Source: Squalus acanthias (taxonomy: Eukaryota). Taken from it: DNA of 64,000 bases. Shown one piece after another: positions 39,331 to 51,283 of this stretch. Made by a program: the position numbers and the translations under genes. Position 1 is the stretch's first letter, and every line of letters begins with the position of its first letter. Below the pieces are notes generated by a model. That model saw nothing but the letters and a program-made list of their open reading frames with translations, had not been told where the DNA came from and searched no databases. Location: contig CM059425.1 in assembly GCA_030390025.1 (NCBI GenBank), positions 168,890,001-168,954,000 of the forward strand, written 5' to 3'.

Positions 39331-41360
39331 CATAGGAACAGGAGTAGGCCATTCAGCCCCTCGAGCCTGCTCCATCATTCAATGAGATCATGGCTAACTC
39401 CATTTACCTGCCTTTGGCCCATATCCCTTAATATCTTTGGTTAACAAAAAGCTATCAATCTCCGATTTAAAATTAACAATTGATCTAGCATCAATTGCCG
39501 TTTGCGCAAGAGCGTTCCAAACTTCTACCACCCTTTGTGTGTAGAAGTGTTTCCTAATTTCACTCCTGAAAGGTCTGGCTCCAATTTTTAAACTAAGCCT
39601 CTAGTCCTAGAATCCCCAACCAGCGGAAATAGTTTCTCTCTATCTACCCTATCTGTTCCCCTTAATATCTTGAAAACTTCGATCAGATCACCCCTTAACC
39701 TTCTAAATTTCAGGGAATACAACCCTAATTTGTGTAATCTCTCCTCGTAATTTAACCCTTGAAGTCTGGATATCATTCTGGTAAACCTACGCTGCACTCT
39801 CTCCAAGGCCAATATATCCTTCCTAAGATGTGGTGCCCAGAACTGCTCACAGTACTCCAGGTGTGGTCTAACCAGGGTTTTGTATAGCTGCAGCATAACT
39901 TCTACCCCCTTTTATTCTAGTCCTCTAGATATAAAGGCCAGCATTCCATTAGCCTTTTTGATTATTTTCTGTACCTGTTCATGACATTTTAACGATCTAT
40001 GTACTCCACTGTTTTTAGCCTTTCACCATTTAGAAAGTACCCTGTTCTATCCTTTTTAGGTCCAAAGTGGATGACCTCACATTTGCCTACATTGAAATCC
40101 ATTTGCCACAGTTTTGCCCATTCACTTAATCTGTCGATATCCCTTTGTAATTTTATGCTTCCATCTACACTGCCTACAGTTCCACCTATTTTTGTGTCAT
40201 CGGCAAATTTGGATATATGACTTTCTATGCCATCATCTAAGTCGTTAATAAATACTGTGAATAGTTGAGGCCCCAACACAGATCCCTGCGGGACACCACT
40301 GGTCACCTCCTGCCAATTTGAGTACCTACCCATTATCACTACTGCCTGTCTCCTGCCACTCAGCCAATTTCCTAACCAGGTCAATAATTTGCCCTCAATT
40401 CTGTGGGCTTCTACCTTAGTTAACAGTCTCTTATGTGGGACTTCATCAAATGCCTTCTGGAAGTCCATATAAATAATATCCATAGACATTCCCCTGTCCA
40501 CTACTTGAGTCACCTCTTCAAAAAATTCAATCAGCTTTGTCAGGCATGACCTCCCTTTCACAAATCCATGCTGGTTCTCTCTGATCAACTGAAAATTTTC
40601 GAGGTGTTCAGTCACCCTATCCTTAATTATAGACTCCGCCCCTGCCTCAGCTCATCTGCTGCTGAAATCCTCATCCATAACTTTGTTACCTCTAGACTTG
40701 ACTATTCCAATGCACTCCTGGCTGGCCTCCCACGTTCTACCCTACATAAACTTGAGGTCATCCAAAACTCGGCTGCCCATGTCCTAACTCGCACCAAGTC
40801 CTATTCACCTATCACCCCTGTACTCGCTGACCTACATTGGCTCCCGGTTAAGCAATGCCTCGATTTCAAAATTCCCATCCTTGTTTTCAAATCCTTCCAT
40901 GGCCTCGCCGCCCCCCCCCCCCCCCCCCCCATCTCTGTAATCTCCTTCAGTATCACAACCCCCCGAGATATCTGCGCTCCTCAAATTCTGCCCTCTTGAG
41001 CATCCCTGACTATAATCACTCAACAATCGGTGGCCGTGCCTTCAGCTGCCTAGGCCCTAAGATCTGGAACTTCCTCCCTAAACCTCTCCGCCTCTCTACC
41101 TCTCTCCTCCTTTAAGACGCTCCTTAAAACCTACCTCTTTGACCAAGCTTTTGGTCTTCTACCCTAATTTCTTATGTGGCTCAGTGTCATTTTTTTTGTC
41201 TTCTAATACTCCTGTGAAGCGCCTTGGGACGTTTTACTAGGTTAAAGGCGCTATATAAATACAAGTTGTTGTTGTTGTTGTTAATTATGGACTCTAACAA
41301 TTTCCCGACAACAGATGTTAGGCTAACTGGTCTATAATTCCCTGGTTTTCCCCTCACCAT
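39331..41360 (-). mobile_element. CR1 LINE RT and 3' end, interrupted by an L2
   Basis: ORFs 39989..40615 (YMDFQKAFD, FADD) and 39588..39896. Confidence 0.85.
40637..41280 (+). mobile_element. L2-like LINE 3' end with (GTT)n tail
   Basis: LIHNFVTSRLDYSNALLAGLP...LHWLPV is an L2-type ORF2 C-terminus; flanking direct repeat TTAATTAT(A/G)GACTC at 40623 and 41281. Confidence 0.85.
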
Positions 41361-42047
41361 TTTTAATTAGCAGAAGGATAGTTAGTAATACTGCTCAGAC
41401 TATTTTTTGACTGTTTTCATCCACCATGTTGATTTTTCAGTAACCTGAGGCAGTAGTATTGAAAATAAAATAGCTAACATACACATGTTAAAGAATTAAA
41501 TAATTCACAGAAATCATTAGAGTTGCCTATTTTGTGTTTGAAACCTGTGCACGGTTGTTACCCTCCATAGACCTAAGGACATAGGAGCAGGAGAAAGCCA
41601 CTTAAGCCTGTTTCGCCATTCAGTTAGATCATGACTGATCTATACCCCAACCTCATTTAGCTGCCTTTTCTCCAGATCCCTTAGTACCCTTCCCTAACAA
41701 AAATCTATTGATTTGACTTGAAAATTTCAGTTGATCCACAGCCTTTTGGGGAGAGGGTATCAGATTTCCCTTTGTGTGGAAAAAGTGCTTCCTGATTTCA
41801 CTTGTTAATGGCCTTGCTCTAAATTTAAGATTATGCCCCCTTGTTCTGGACTCCTCTACCAAAAGGAAATAGTTCCTCTCTAATTCTTTGGCTTGGTGTC
41901 AATTTCTGTCTGATTATGCTATTGTGAAGCACTTTTGAACGTTTTCCTATGTTAATGCCGCTCTGTAAATGCAAGTTCTTGTTGCATAGTGCACTCTTTT
42001 CAGCTGCCTCTTCAGATAATTAAAAAATATAGTTGATTTCTTAACAG

Positions 42048-42133
42048 GTATGGGCATTTTTCTGGAATAAATCGTAAAGTTCAGTTAACATACCTGCCTC
42101 TTGGATGTCCAAAGACCTCAAGTGAAGAAGACG
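42048..42133 (+). CDS. PPIP5K2: PPIP5K2 coding exon ([28 protein letters not shown])
   Basis: ttaacag acceptor, GTAGGC donor. Confidence 0.94.
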
Positions 42134-42489
42134 GTAGGCTTCCACGTGTTTTGTTTTTTGTGTTTCTTTTTTTATTCTTGGGTTTCGGAAGGTACTTAAA
42201 CTGACATTGTTTAATTACTCGGTGTGTGAATTTCTTTATATTGCTGACTACTACACATTTAATGGAGCAGTTTGCTTTAGACAGCATTTATTAATGGTTG
42301 AATAGCTATAATTAGCAATTTGACAAAGTAACCATAGAAAATTGAAGCCCCTAACATTTGGGTAAGCAATAATTTCAAGTGAAAGGGTACAATTTTTGAT
42401 GCTGATCCACCTGCAGTTTCCCAGGTGCTGTGTTATTGCAAAAGTACTGTATAACATGCCTCTCAAATGGTAGAGGCTTCAGTTTAAGT

Positions 42490-42875
42490 GTTAGCCTTGG
42501 CTAAGGTGTCGCCTCTGAGTCAGAATGTTGTGGATTCAAGTCTAGAGACCTGAGCACACAACCCAGGCTATTGAGGGAGTGCTGCACTGTTGGAGGTGCC
42601 GTCTTTTGGATGAGACCCTGAGGTTCTGCCTAACCTCTCAGGTGGACTTCTAAGATCCCATGGTTCTATTTGAAGAAGAGCAGGGAGTTCACCCTGGTGT
42701 CTTGGCCAATATTTATCCCTCAACCAACATCACTAAAAACACATTATCTCATTGCTGTTTATGGGACTTCGGTTTGTGCAAATTGACTACACTTCAAAAG
42801 TACTTCATTGGATGTAAAGCGCTTTGGGATGTCCTGAGGTTGTAAAAGGTGCTACATAAATGCAAGTTCTTTCTT
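42490..42875 (+). mobile_element. Deu-domain SINE, second degenerate copy
   Basis: Similar to 21548-21995; further 3' fragments near 43435-43540 and 62215-62345. Confidence 0.75.
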
Positions 42876-42910
42876 GCTCATAATAATTCTAAATTACCTA
42901 TTACTAACAG

Positions 42911-43036
42911 ACAACAAGAAGGAGGAGCCTTCACTACTGCTGGTATTAAAGTGGGGCGGAGAACTGACACCAGCAGGCAGGGTCCAAGCTGAAGAGCTAG
43001 GTCGTGCTTTCAGATGCATGTATCCAGGAGGACAAG
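42911..43036 (+). CDS. PPIP5K2: PPIP5K2 coding exon ([41 protein letters not shown])
   Basis: ctaacag acceptor, GTAAAA donor. Confidence 0.95.
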
Positions 43037-45645
43037 GTAAAACAATAAGAAAAATATTTATGTTTCCTAACGTATTTACCACTAACAACTACTTATGCTC
43101 TGGCACTGTTGCCGTGACTTTCAAAACAAGTATCATCATTCCCTTTATAAAAAAAAAAATCACAATTCAGATTGTCTTCCCAACTCTCCTTGTTCATGCT
43201 CACAGCAAACTGTAGTTTCCATAGACAGATCCATGCATACTGTGAATGGGAATTAACAATTATCCTTATCCTAGAGTCTTTTTTGAAGTTTCAGTGTAAT
43301 GTGGGTGTCTTTTTACTCTGTACGCTGCACAATGCCACAGTGTGGTTGAAACAGGAGAACTGCAAAATCATGAAAGCCAGTAACACTTATAAATGCAAGC
43401 AGGGTTTTGACACCCCAGCAGAAAATGTTAACTGACATAACAGTGACTGCACTGCAGAAGTAATTTATTGGTTGTAAATCATTTGGGGACATCCTGAGGT
43501 GTGATCGAGTGCTATATAGATGCAAGTGGTTTCTTTTCTCACGAGGTTTGCAAAGCAGGTTTTTAAATCAGTTTTACCTTTCAGGCAGGTAGAATGTGAG
43601 CTGCTGAATTCTAGTATTTGGATGGGTTTAGTTTTCTTCTAACACCTGAATTACAAATTTCCCAGGAACAACCCTTCATAGCCATTATGCATCTGCAAGC
43701 TTCACATGCGTCCATTATTTCCAAGACACAGTATGATGCAATTAGCGTGTAATGACTTTCCAGGGGACTAGCTGGGTGAGATAACCCTCATAGAAATGTA
43801 CACTGTTCTCGACAATATTCCTGTATTGTTTTAATCTAGGCATCATGATGCAGATTCTTTTCCACATGTAGCTGAGTCCTATTTAATATATTGGCATATC
43901 TAAAATTTCTTCGAAAAAGGAGGTGACTTGAGACTTGAAGCAAGACTGGACACCTTTGCAATGTTGCTTGCATACGCATATCTATTCCTCTCCACTGCCA
44001 ATGAAATGCTAAATCATTGCCTTTATCACCTCAAGGATTGACTTCTCCATTGTTATTCTCAGTGGCTTCCCTCATTAAATTCCAGCTGATTCAAAACTTC
44101 ACAGCCTCATCATCTCCTGTGCAAAGTTCTGCACACCCATTCCAAGCTCTATTGGCTTCCTGTGGACCAGCAAATCAACTTCAGGAGTCTCGTCCTTGTC
44201 TTCAAACGATTCCATGCATGGTCATCCTACCTGAGCAATCTTCCCTATCTGCATCCAAGTCTCTGACACAAGATTACTGTTTGTTCTCTGCTCCCTTTAC
44301 TCCACCATCAAAAACCAATCTTTCGGTCACTAAGCCCTCACCTCAGGAATTCTGACTTGCTGCCTCCCTCCTTGTCTTCAAAAGCTAATAATTCTTTTTT
44401 TTTTGTCCTTTGTTTCATAATTTTGCTCCTGCCTTGTCATTCCAATTTTCCACTTTTTTCCTGGTCGATGTCAACCTTTTCTGGTTTGCAGGGGGGTTGG
44501 GTATAGGGAGCAGCGATGGGGGAATGGCTAAGCAGCTAGTAGTGGCAGCTGAGAATGGGCCTAATTCTAAACCTGGGAACAGTGGCAACCAAGAACAGGC
44601 CCGCTGCCAACAGGTGGCAGGAGTAGCTGGAAGCCTGAAGGCTGGCATAGAACAGTGCTATGACCGCAGCAGGAAATCAAATCTTGGAGCTGAATGACTC
44701 GAACACCTATAAGGAATAAGTAACCTATTAATAAATAAAAATAAAAGCAGCAAATGTTTCAAATTTAAAGTTTCAAGCAAACTTGTCTGAGGGGTGAAAT
44801 CACTTGAGAAGAACCAAGCTCTCATCAGATCTGGGAGAAGCAATACTGAAAGTTTGTTTATGGAGCCATCCAGTGGCTAGATTGTTTAATTGAAGTGTGA
44901 CAAGCTTACATAGGTGATACCCATACAGAAAGTGTGACAGAAATGTGACAGTAGGTAGTCAAGTGGCGCAAACAGGAATTGTGCACCGATGTAAGGTTTC
45001 TTTTTTACTGTTTTTACTCAATTCTGTAACAAGTGAGGAAAATTACAGCTTCTAATGTTCAGCACAACAACTTGCATTAATATAGTGCTTTTAATGTAGA
45101 AAATGTCTCAAGGTGCTTTACAGGGGGGAAGAAACAACAGAAACGGCTGTTATCCTCTAGGATAACAGTCAAGTAGGACAGATCCAATAAGAGTCCAAGT
45201 AATTTACAGTCTGCATCCCAATATTTCTTAGTCCCGTGAAAGGTTGATATCTTGTTCACATTCAGTAAATCTGAAGTTGCTGTTTCAGGAGGGGAAGAAT
45301 TTCTTTAAAGTTTGTAGTTAACAACCTGTAGAAATTAAATGGCAGTTTTAGCCCAATTGTCTGACAACACGCCACTTCAAATACAAAATGCCAAATACTC
45401 AACATTATAAACAGAAGAAATTTGTATGTCAGCCTATAGTAAGTACTAAACTAAAAGTTCTGAACTCTTATCAGACAGCATAATACCCATGGTGCCTGCT
45501 GATTTAATAATGTATAGTAGGTTGTGTTAGATTTTTAATTCTTCTGTCATACATGTTGGTCATATTTAGAAAGGGTTCAATATTTAATACTTCTAGATTC
45601 TTCCAGCCTTGCTTTCTGCATTTCGTATGTTATATATTGTTTCAG

Positions 45646-45767
45646 GAGATTATGCAGGATTTCCAGGTTGTGGTTTGCTCCGATTGCACAGTACATATCG
45701 GCATGATCTAAAGATCTATGCATCAGATGAAGGGAGAGTTCAGATGACAGCAGCAGCCTTTGCTAAG
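45646..45767 (+). CDS. PPIP5K2: PPIP5K2 coding exon ([40 protein letters not shown])
   Basis: tttcag acceptor, GTTTGA donor. Confidence 0.95.
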
Positions 45768-46609
45768 GTTTGAAATACCAAGAATTTTATTAAGTGTTTA
45801 TACCTCACACACCAATATATTTAAAGTTGTATTACAGGATATACGACAAGTTATTATGGTTCGACTGATGTCCTCTAGAAATAATTTCTGAGAACAGTAT
45901 TTTTCTTAAAATACTTTTTAATAGGTTTCTGGTCCCTGATGTGCTAATACTACTACTACCACCATAACCCCATCAAATAATTGAATCTGATGGGTATGCA
46001 TCTGGTTGCAAACAGAAGAAATCTGAATGTGAGCCCAGGGTAAACACAACTGGCGATATAATCGCCATTGTACTTGCTGGTTTAAAACAGTACATTGTGG
46101 TTGTTGATCCTTCTGAGAATAAAATTTGAATGGTTGACTGAAGTCAACTTTTCTGTATATTCTCCATGTCTGCTCTGTTAAGTGAAATGTGCCAGAATAT
46201 TCTGCGCCAGTAGTGTCAGTCAGCAGGTTATGAGCATCTGTACAATAAGATCTGAATAAACTGATTAAATATGTAGCCATATCTGCCATGCTGACAAAAG
46301 TAGTGATCCGTTATTTAGTCAATAAAGATTTCAAGTTGATTGGCATAGTCCTTTAAAAAAAAATAAAGTAATATGAGCCGCATGTTCTCAAAATGCACTG
46401 TTGAAACAACTGTGTACCGAAACGGTAGGCAAATTTCAGGTAGCGTCTGGTTCTGCTAATTATGGTAAATTTTATTCATAATAGAAACAATATTCCAAAG
46501 TGCTGCTGCAAATGGTTTAAAATGTGGACTGCATGAAAAACAGCAAATGGGATGGATTTGTTTTTCTGTGAAATAATGTCTAAAATTGATGTTGACTATT
46601 TGCAACTAG

Positions 46610-46792
46610 GGATTGCTTGCTCTGGAAGGGGAGCTAACCCCAATTCTTGTACAGATGGTTAAAAGTGCTAACATGAATGGCTTGTTAGACAATGACAGTG
46701 ATTCCCTGAATAGTTGCCAGCAGCGGGTTAAAGCTCGGCTTCATGAGATCCTACAGAAAGACCGAGACTTCACTGTTGAAGATTATGAAAAG
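46610..46792 (+). CDS. PPIP5K2: PPIP5K2 coding exon ([24 protein letters not shown]...DFTVEDYEK)
   Basis: ctag acceptor, GTGGGT donor. Confidence 0.95.
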
Positions 46793-48568
46793 GTGGGTGA
46801 TTGATAGCTTCTTTTGATTCTAACATTTGTGTGCCTATTTTGTGATTTAGTCATAAGCTAAGAACTTAATTTTTTTTTATGGTTTTCTTTGGTCATCAGA
46901 ATAGCACTGATGACATATTGATACCATCCTCCCACAACAATATTCTGTTGAGTTAGGACAGCCTGAAGTGTGTGTACATGTGTGTGCTTCCCATGAATGT
47001 GGCAAAGTATCTTCACACCAACAAAACAACAACTTGCATTTATCCCGTGCTTTTAATATAGAAAAACACCCCAAAATGCTTCAGCGAGGCATGATCAAAA
47101 AACTGGACACCAAACTGAGGATGGAGGTATTAGGAAGGGCGACCAAATGCTTGGTCATAGAGATGGATTGTAAGCTGGATCAGGGGTGACCTAGGAGGAC
47201 CTTAAAGAAAGAAAGGGAGGTGAAGAGGTGGAAGAGTTTAGGGAAGTAATTCCAAAGCTTCAGGTGGGCGGGGGGAACTCCTGCAGTAGCAGAGCTATGC
47301 TTGGATAAGTAAATGTGGAACCAAGTGAGGGCAGTCCCATGGACCTGGACAGGTGTTGGAGGAGGATGGTGTGTTTGACCATGTTGAAGATTGTAGAGAG
47401 GAAAAGGAAGGTTAATGCAACACTTCCAGATGCCCTCCCCTTGTTCTTGTACTGAGGACCTCCCATAGTTTGTGGAGTATAATTTTTCTGGTGGATGCCG
47501 GTGTATGTTTTCAGTTTAATCAATTTGAGTCAGATCAGCCAATTTTATATCAACTTAACATTAATCAGTAATTTTGCACTCTGCCAAAAGCAATGCTAGG
47601 ATTTGGAAGGTTATAGTCTGATGTGCAATTAGATATCCCTCTTTCTCATTTACCCTACCTTTCTCATGTTCCCACTCCTTCCTCATGTTGTTTACTCCAA
47701 ATTATTGTTAGTATTTTTATGTTTACTTTTTTTTGCACTGCATTTCTCCTAATTGATTGTAATGCTAGGATTCATAAACTATAGATTTTAATCATGTTTC
47801 AATACATCAGTCTGGATCTTACGCACATTGTAGGAGAAGACCAAGTATTTGTACCTTTCTGCTGGAGAAAGTTCACACAAGGAACTGTACTCTTGGAGTA
47901 TTATGATGCAGCTTTCCATAAAGTCACTGAATTGTACAGAGCAGGAAAGTCAAAGGCTTGATCATCAGAGAGAGTTGATTACAGAGGATATGGCAGTCGG
48001 AAGATACTATGGCCTCAATTTGTTGACGCCGTGTTCGTTTTACAGCTGCAAAATGGGTGCCTAAGTGTCGAATATGGCGGGCAGCATGTGCGTGCACATT
48101 CCACGCTGGAAGTGTGCCATCAGCCATATTGATAAAGGCTCCAGTATAGACGTCCAAAGCCCGCATCTGAAACAGGCGTTAGGCACCCTTTTTTTGCAGG
48201 GCCCCCTTCCTGAAATTGGGTGGGTCTGAACACAGCCGGTACCGGGCCTGCTGCATTCAGGATAACCATGTCTACAAAGGGACTGATGGAGGCAGTTGCC
48301 AAAAAGGTATGTTTAAAAAAAAAAATACTCCAGGAACAGCAAACTTGCTCCTCCCTGGCTCCACAGCAGTCCTAAAGACAGCTGCCACCCCCACCCCGCT
48401 AAACATCCCACCCCACGTTCCACCAGGGTGTACATGTGGATCGCTGCCGGGGGGGCAGCTGACGCAACTTTGTCCTCGTGGAGCCAGTGAGCTTTTTCTG
48501 GATGCCCAATTGCCGTTCACAACTTGCGGGCAATATGCAGCTCAGGCTTGATGCCTAATTTGGGGTGA

Positions 48569-48742
48569 TGTGGAGATGCCGGTGTTGGACTGGGGTGGAC
48601 AAATATGAGAAGTCGCACAACACCAGGTTATAGTCCAACAGTTTTATTTGAAATCACAAGCTTTCGGAGCACTGCTCCTTCACCTGACGAAGGAGCAGCG
48701 CTCCGAAAGCTTGTGATTTCAAATAAAACTGTTGGACTATAA
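48569..48742. mobile_element. Penelope-like retroelement terminal fragment with inverted duplication
   Basis: 15-bp direct repeat CCTAATTTGGGGTGA at 48554-48568 and 48743-48757; 57-bp inverted arms 48625-48681 and 48689-48745; hammerhead motif. Confidence 0.75.
48680..48716 (+). ncRNA. Minimal type I hammerhead ribozyme motif
   Basis: UCAC-CUGACGA-A-GGAGC(AGC)GCUCC-GAA-AGCU-U-GUGA: CUGANGA and GAAA core, stem I UCAC/GUGA, stem II, palindromic AGCU stem III. Confidence 0.7.
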
Positions 48743-51283
48743 CCTAATTTGGGGTGAGCTTTGGGGCTCTGGTGCACGCTCCAAGCACACTGACTATTTC
48801 AGTCCAGAAAATGGGCCAAAGCACATTTCCACTTCTATGTTTGGCCTCCTGTTTTAGGAAGGGGAAAATTGGCCCAAGTTTCCACTTCTGATCCCTATCT
48901 AAAAGCTCCTGCTTAGAAGTGTGTTTGTGAGGAGTTAAGTAAAGTTGTGATTGGCTTCAGCTGTGATGGCCCTGCTGATTTTCACTGTCAAGGGTCACAC
49001 ATGAATAATGGCAACTTGGTGAGGTACTGGATGGCAACTGGTGCCCATGGAACTATATCTTAGGCACAAAATTGGTGACCAAAAAAAAAAAATGTTGGAA
49101 TTGTTGCCCATTCCTGTCCTGTGTAAAAGCTGCTTCATGCATGTACAGCTTCCATTCATTTTTTTCCCCCACTGTTGAGAAGCTTTGTAGCCCCATATCA
49201 CTTCAACCATTGCTCCAAGGAGAAAGATTCCCTTTTGGTCTCCCCCACTCCCTGGGCAATTTTGCGTAGACTATTGCTAGCTCGTGTAGGCAGTTTCTGA
49301 AACACTGTTGGATGGTGATGGGCTTACCAATTTCAATCAAGATCCCCAAAGAGGCTCCCTTTGGTTTCATTGATTAGTTCTAGCAGTGTCTGGGGCTATT
49401 GGTCACCTGTAAGCATGCTGTAATCTGAGCACATTGTTGATTCAAGACTCTGAGTCCCTCTTGGTTGATTTCTAATCAAAGGCAAACTCTGGAATGGACA
49501 AGGGAGCCTCAGTTACTCTTTACAGTTGTTGGTTCCTACACACCACTACCAAAACGTTAGCTGCCCAGGGCTTTTCTACACAGGGAAGATACACTTTGGC
49601 TTCTCCCCACAATTCGCAAAGGCTCCTGATTTCTTCAACTCTTCTATGTGAACTTACAGTGACTATTTTCACCTTCACCCATACATCTGGAACATTTTAT
49701 GAACCTCTCCTCGTGGTTCTGCCTGAGAAATCCATTCTGGAGATTGAGGCTTTGGATGATGATTAAGAATCTGACACGTAAATAAAGGAGAAGGAAGGAA
49801 ATTGCCCTACATCCCTTGTTGAACCCATTCCCGGTTCCTAGGGTGTTTGACCACTTTTAGTTCCAGGTTAACCCTAAGTCTGAATGTGGCTACCCTGGAT
49901 TCTTCTGACACAAGGGTGTCCTTTGGTCCTTGCAGGTTTTGTGTTGCCCTCATCTCTCTGGATTACAAATCTGGGAGCTTGGGCAGAGCTGTGAAAGCAG
50001 TCCCAGTGTAGACCAGAGTAAAACTGTACTTTTTGCTGCCAGCTTTCACCTACTTTATCTTGAAGTTAATTTCTATGCAGTGATCACTCTTTCAAGAAAC
50101 GCTTGTTGGTATCAGTTCTAAATTTGTCTTTTATCACTTTGAAGAAGTTTTTCAGGTTTACTTTTTCCACACTTTTTACTGTCTTGTATACCTCTAAGAT
50201 CACCTCGCTTTAAAGGTCGCAAAGCCCAAGTTTCTCTTAACTTGCAACTTTTGACACTAAGGCCGGAATTTCCTGAGGTCCGTGCGGGTGGGGATGGAGG
50301 CAGGTTGGGTGGGAAATCTGAAAAAAGTGGGAGTGGGTCGGGAACCCGCTGTCATCCCGCCCCCACGCGCCTTTCCCGCGGGCGCGTTTGCCGGTGTGGC
50401 AGCAACCCGACTGGCAAAGGCGGGTGGCCTAATTGAAATCATTATAACCTTGTTTACAGTCACTTAAGAGCCTTTTTCCCCCCCATCATTTTAAATTTAC
50501 CTGCATGGCCAGGAGAACCACACTGCTCGGGAACCACGTCTGTCAACCTGAGGCGGGAGTTGAGTGGCCATTACTCCAGCTGATTAGTTGACAACATGAA
50601 ATGTACTGTAAAAGCTCCCACCTGAGAGCTGATCACGTTCCTCCGGCAGAAGCTGTTGCTCACTGCATTCCCAGCACAGATTCTGCAGGCTGCAAGTCTT
50701 TCCAGCAAAGTCTCCATCCAGTGTCACCTCATTAGAAGAACCTCTCACCATTGACAGATTGCTTCTGTCATCTCTACTTAACCTGCCATCTATTCCATCA
50801 ACATGGGTGCCGTTTATACTATCTCACCTTGGTCCTCAGAATCGAACCACAATAAGTCCCAACACCAGCAGCACCAACCTTCTCTGCAATCACCTGATGC
50901 TGCACAGGACAGAGGGCACTAGCACCCGAGTACATTGCTGCCTGGGAGGCTAGGGATGGCCTCACCATGACCAGATTTACTTAACTTGATGCGGTACGCC
51001 CATATGGCTACAACATGATGCGCCATCACCTGCAACACGGTGGTGCTCATGTTGGAGATGGAGACCTCCATTCTCTGAACATTTGCAGACATCGCGCTCG
51101 CAAAACCGGTCAGAACCCCCTGCACTTCTTCCTGCACCTCCAGGATCGCCCTCTTTCTGGATGGCCTCCAAGGCTCAGCGTCTGCATGCAGCTGAGCAGA
51201 GCTAGGAACATCCTGCGCCCTCCGGCAAGGAGTCTTCACTGCTGTCCCTGTCTCCACCATCTGCTCTTGCTCAATTGTGAGTT

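Noticed and set aside
48009..48835. Additional MITE hosting the Penelope-like insertion
   Set aside because: GC-rich and starts GGCCTCAATTT, but no matching right TIR or TSD could be identified with confidence.
49200..50240. Possible decayed DIRS/LTR-type coding remnant
   Set aside because: Only a vague impression, with no recognisable motif; it needs a translated homology search.
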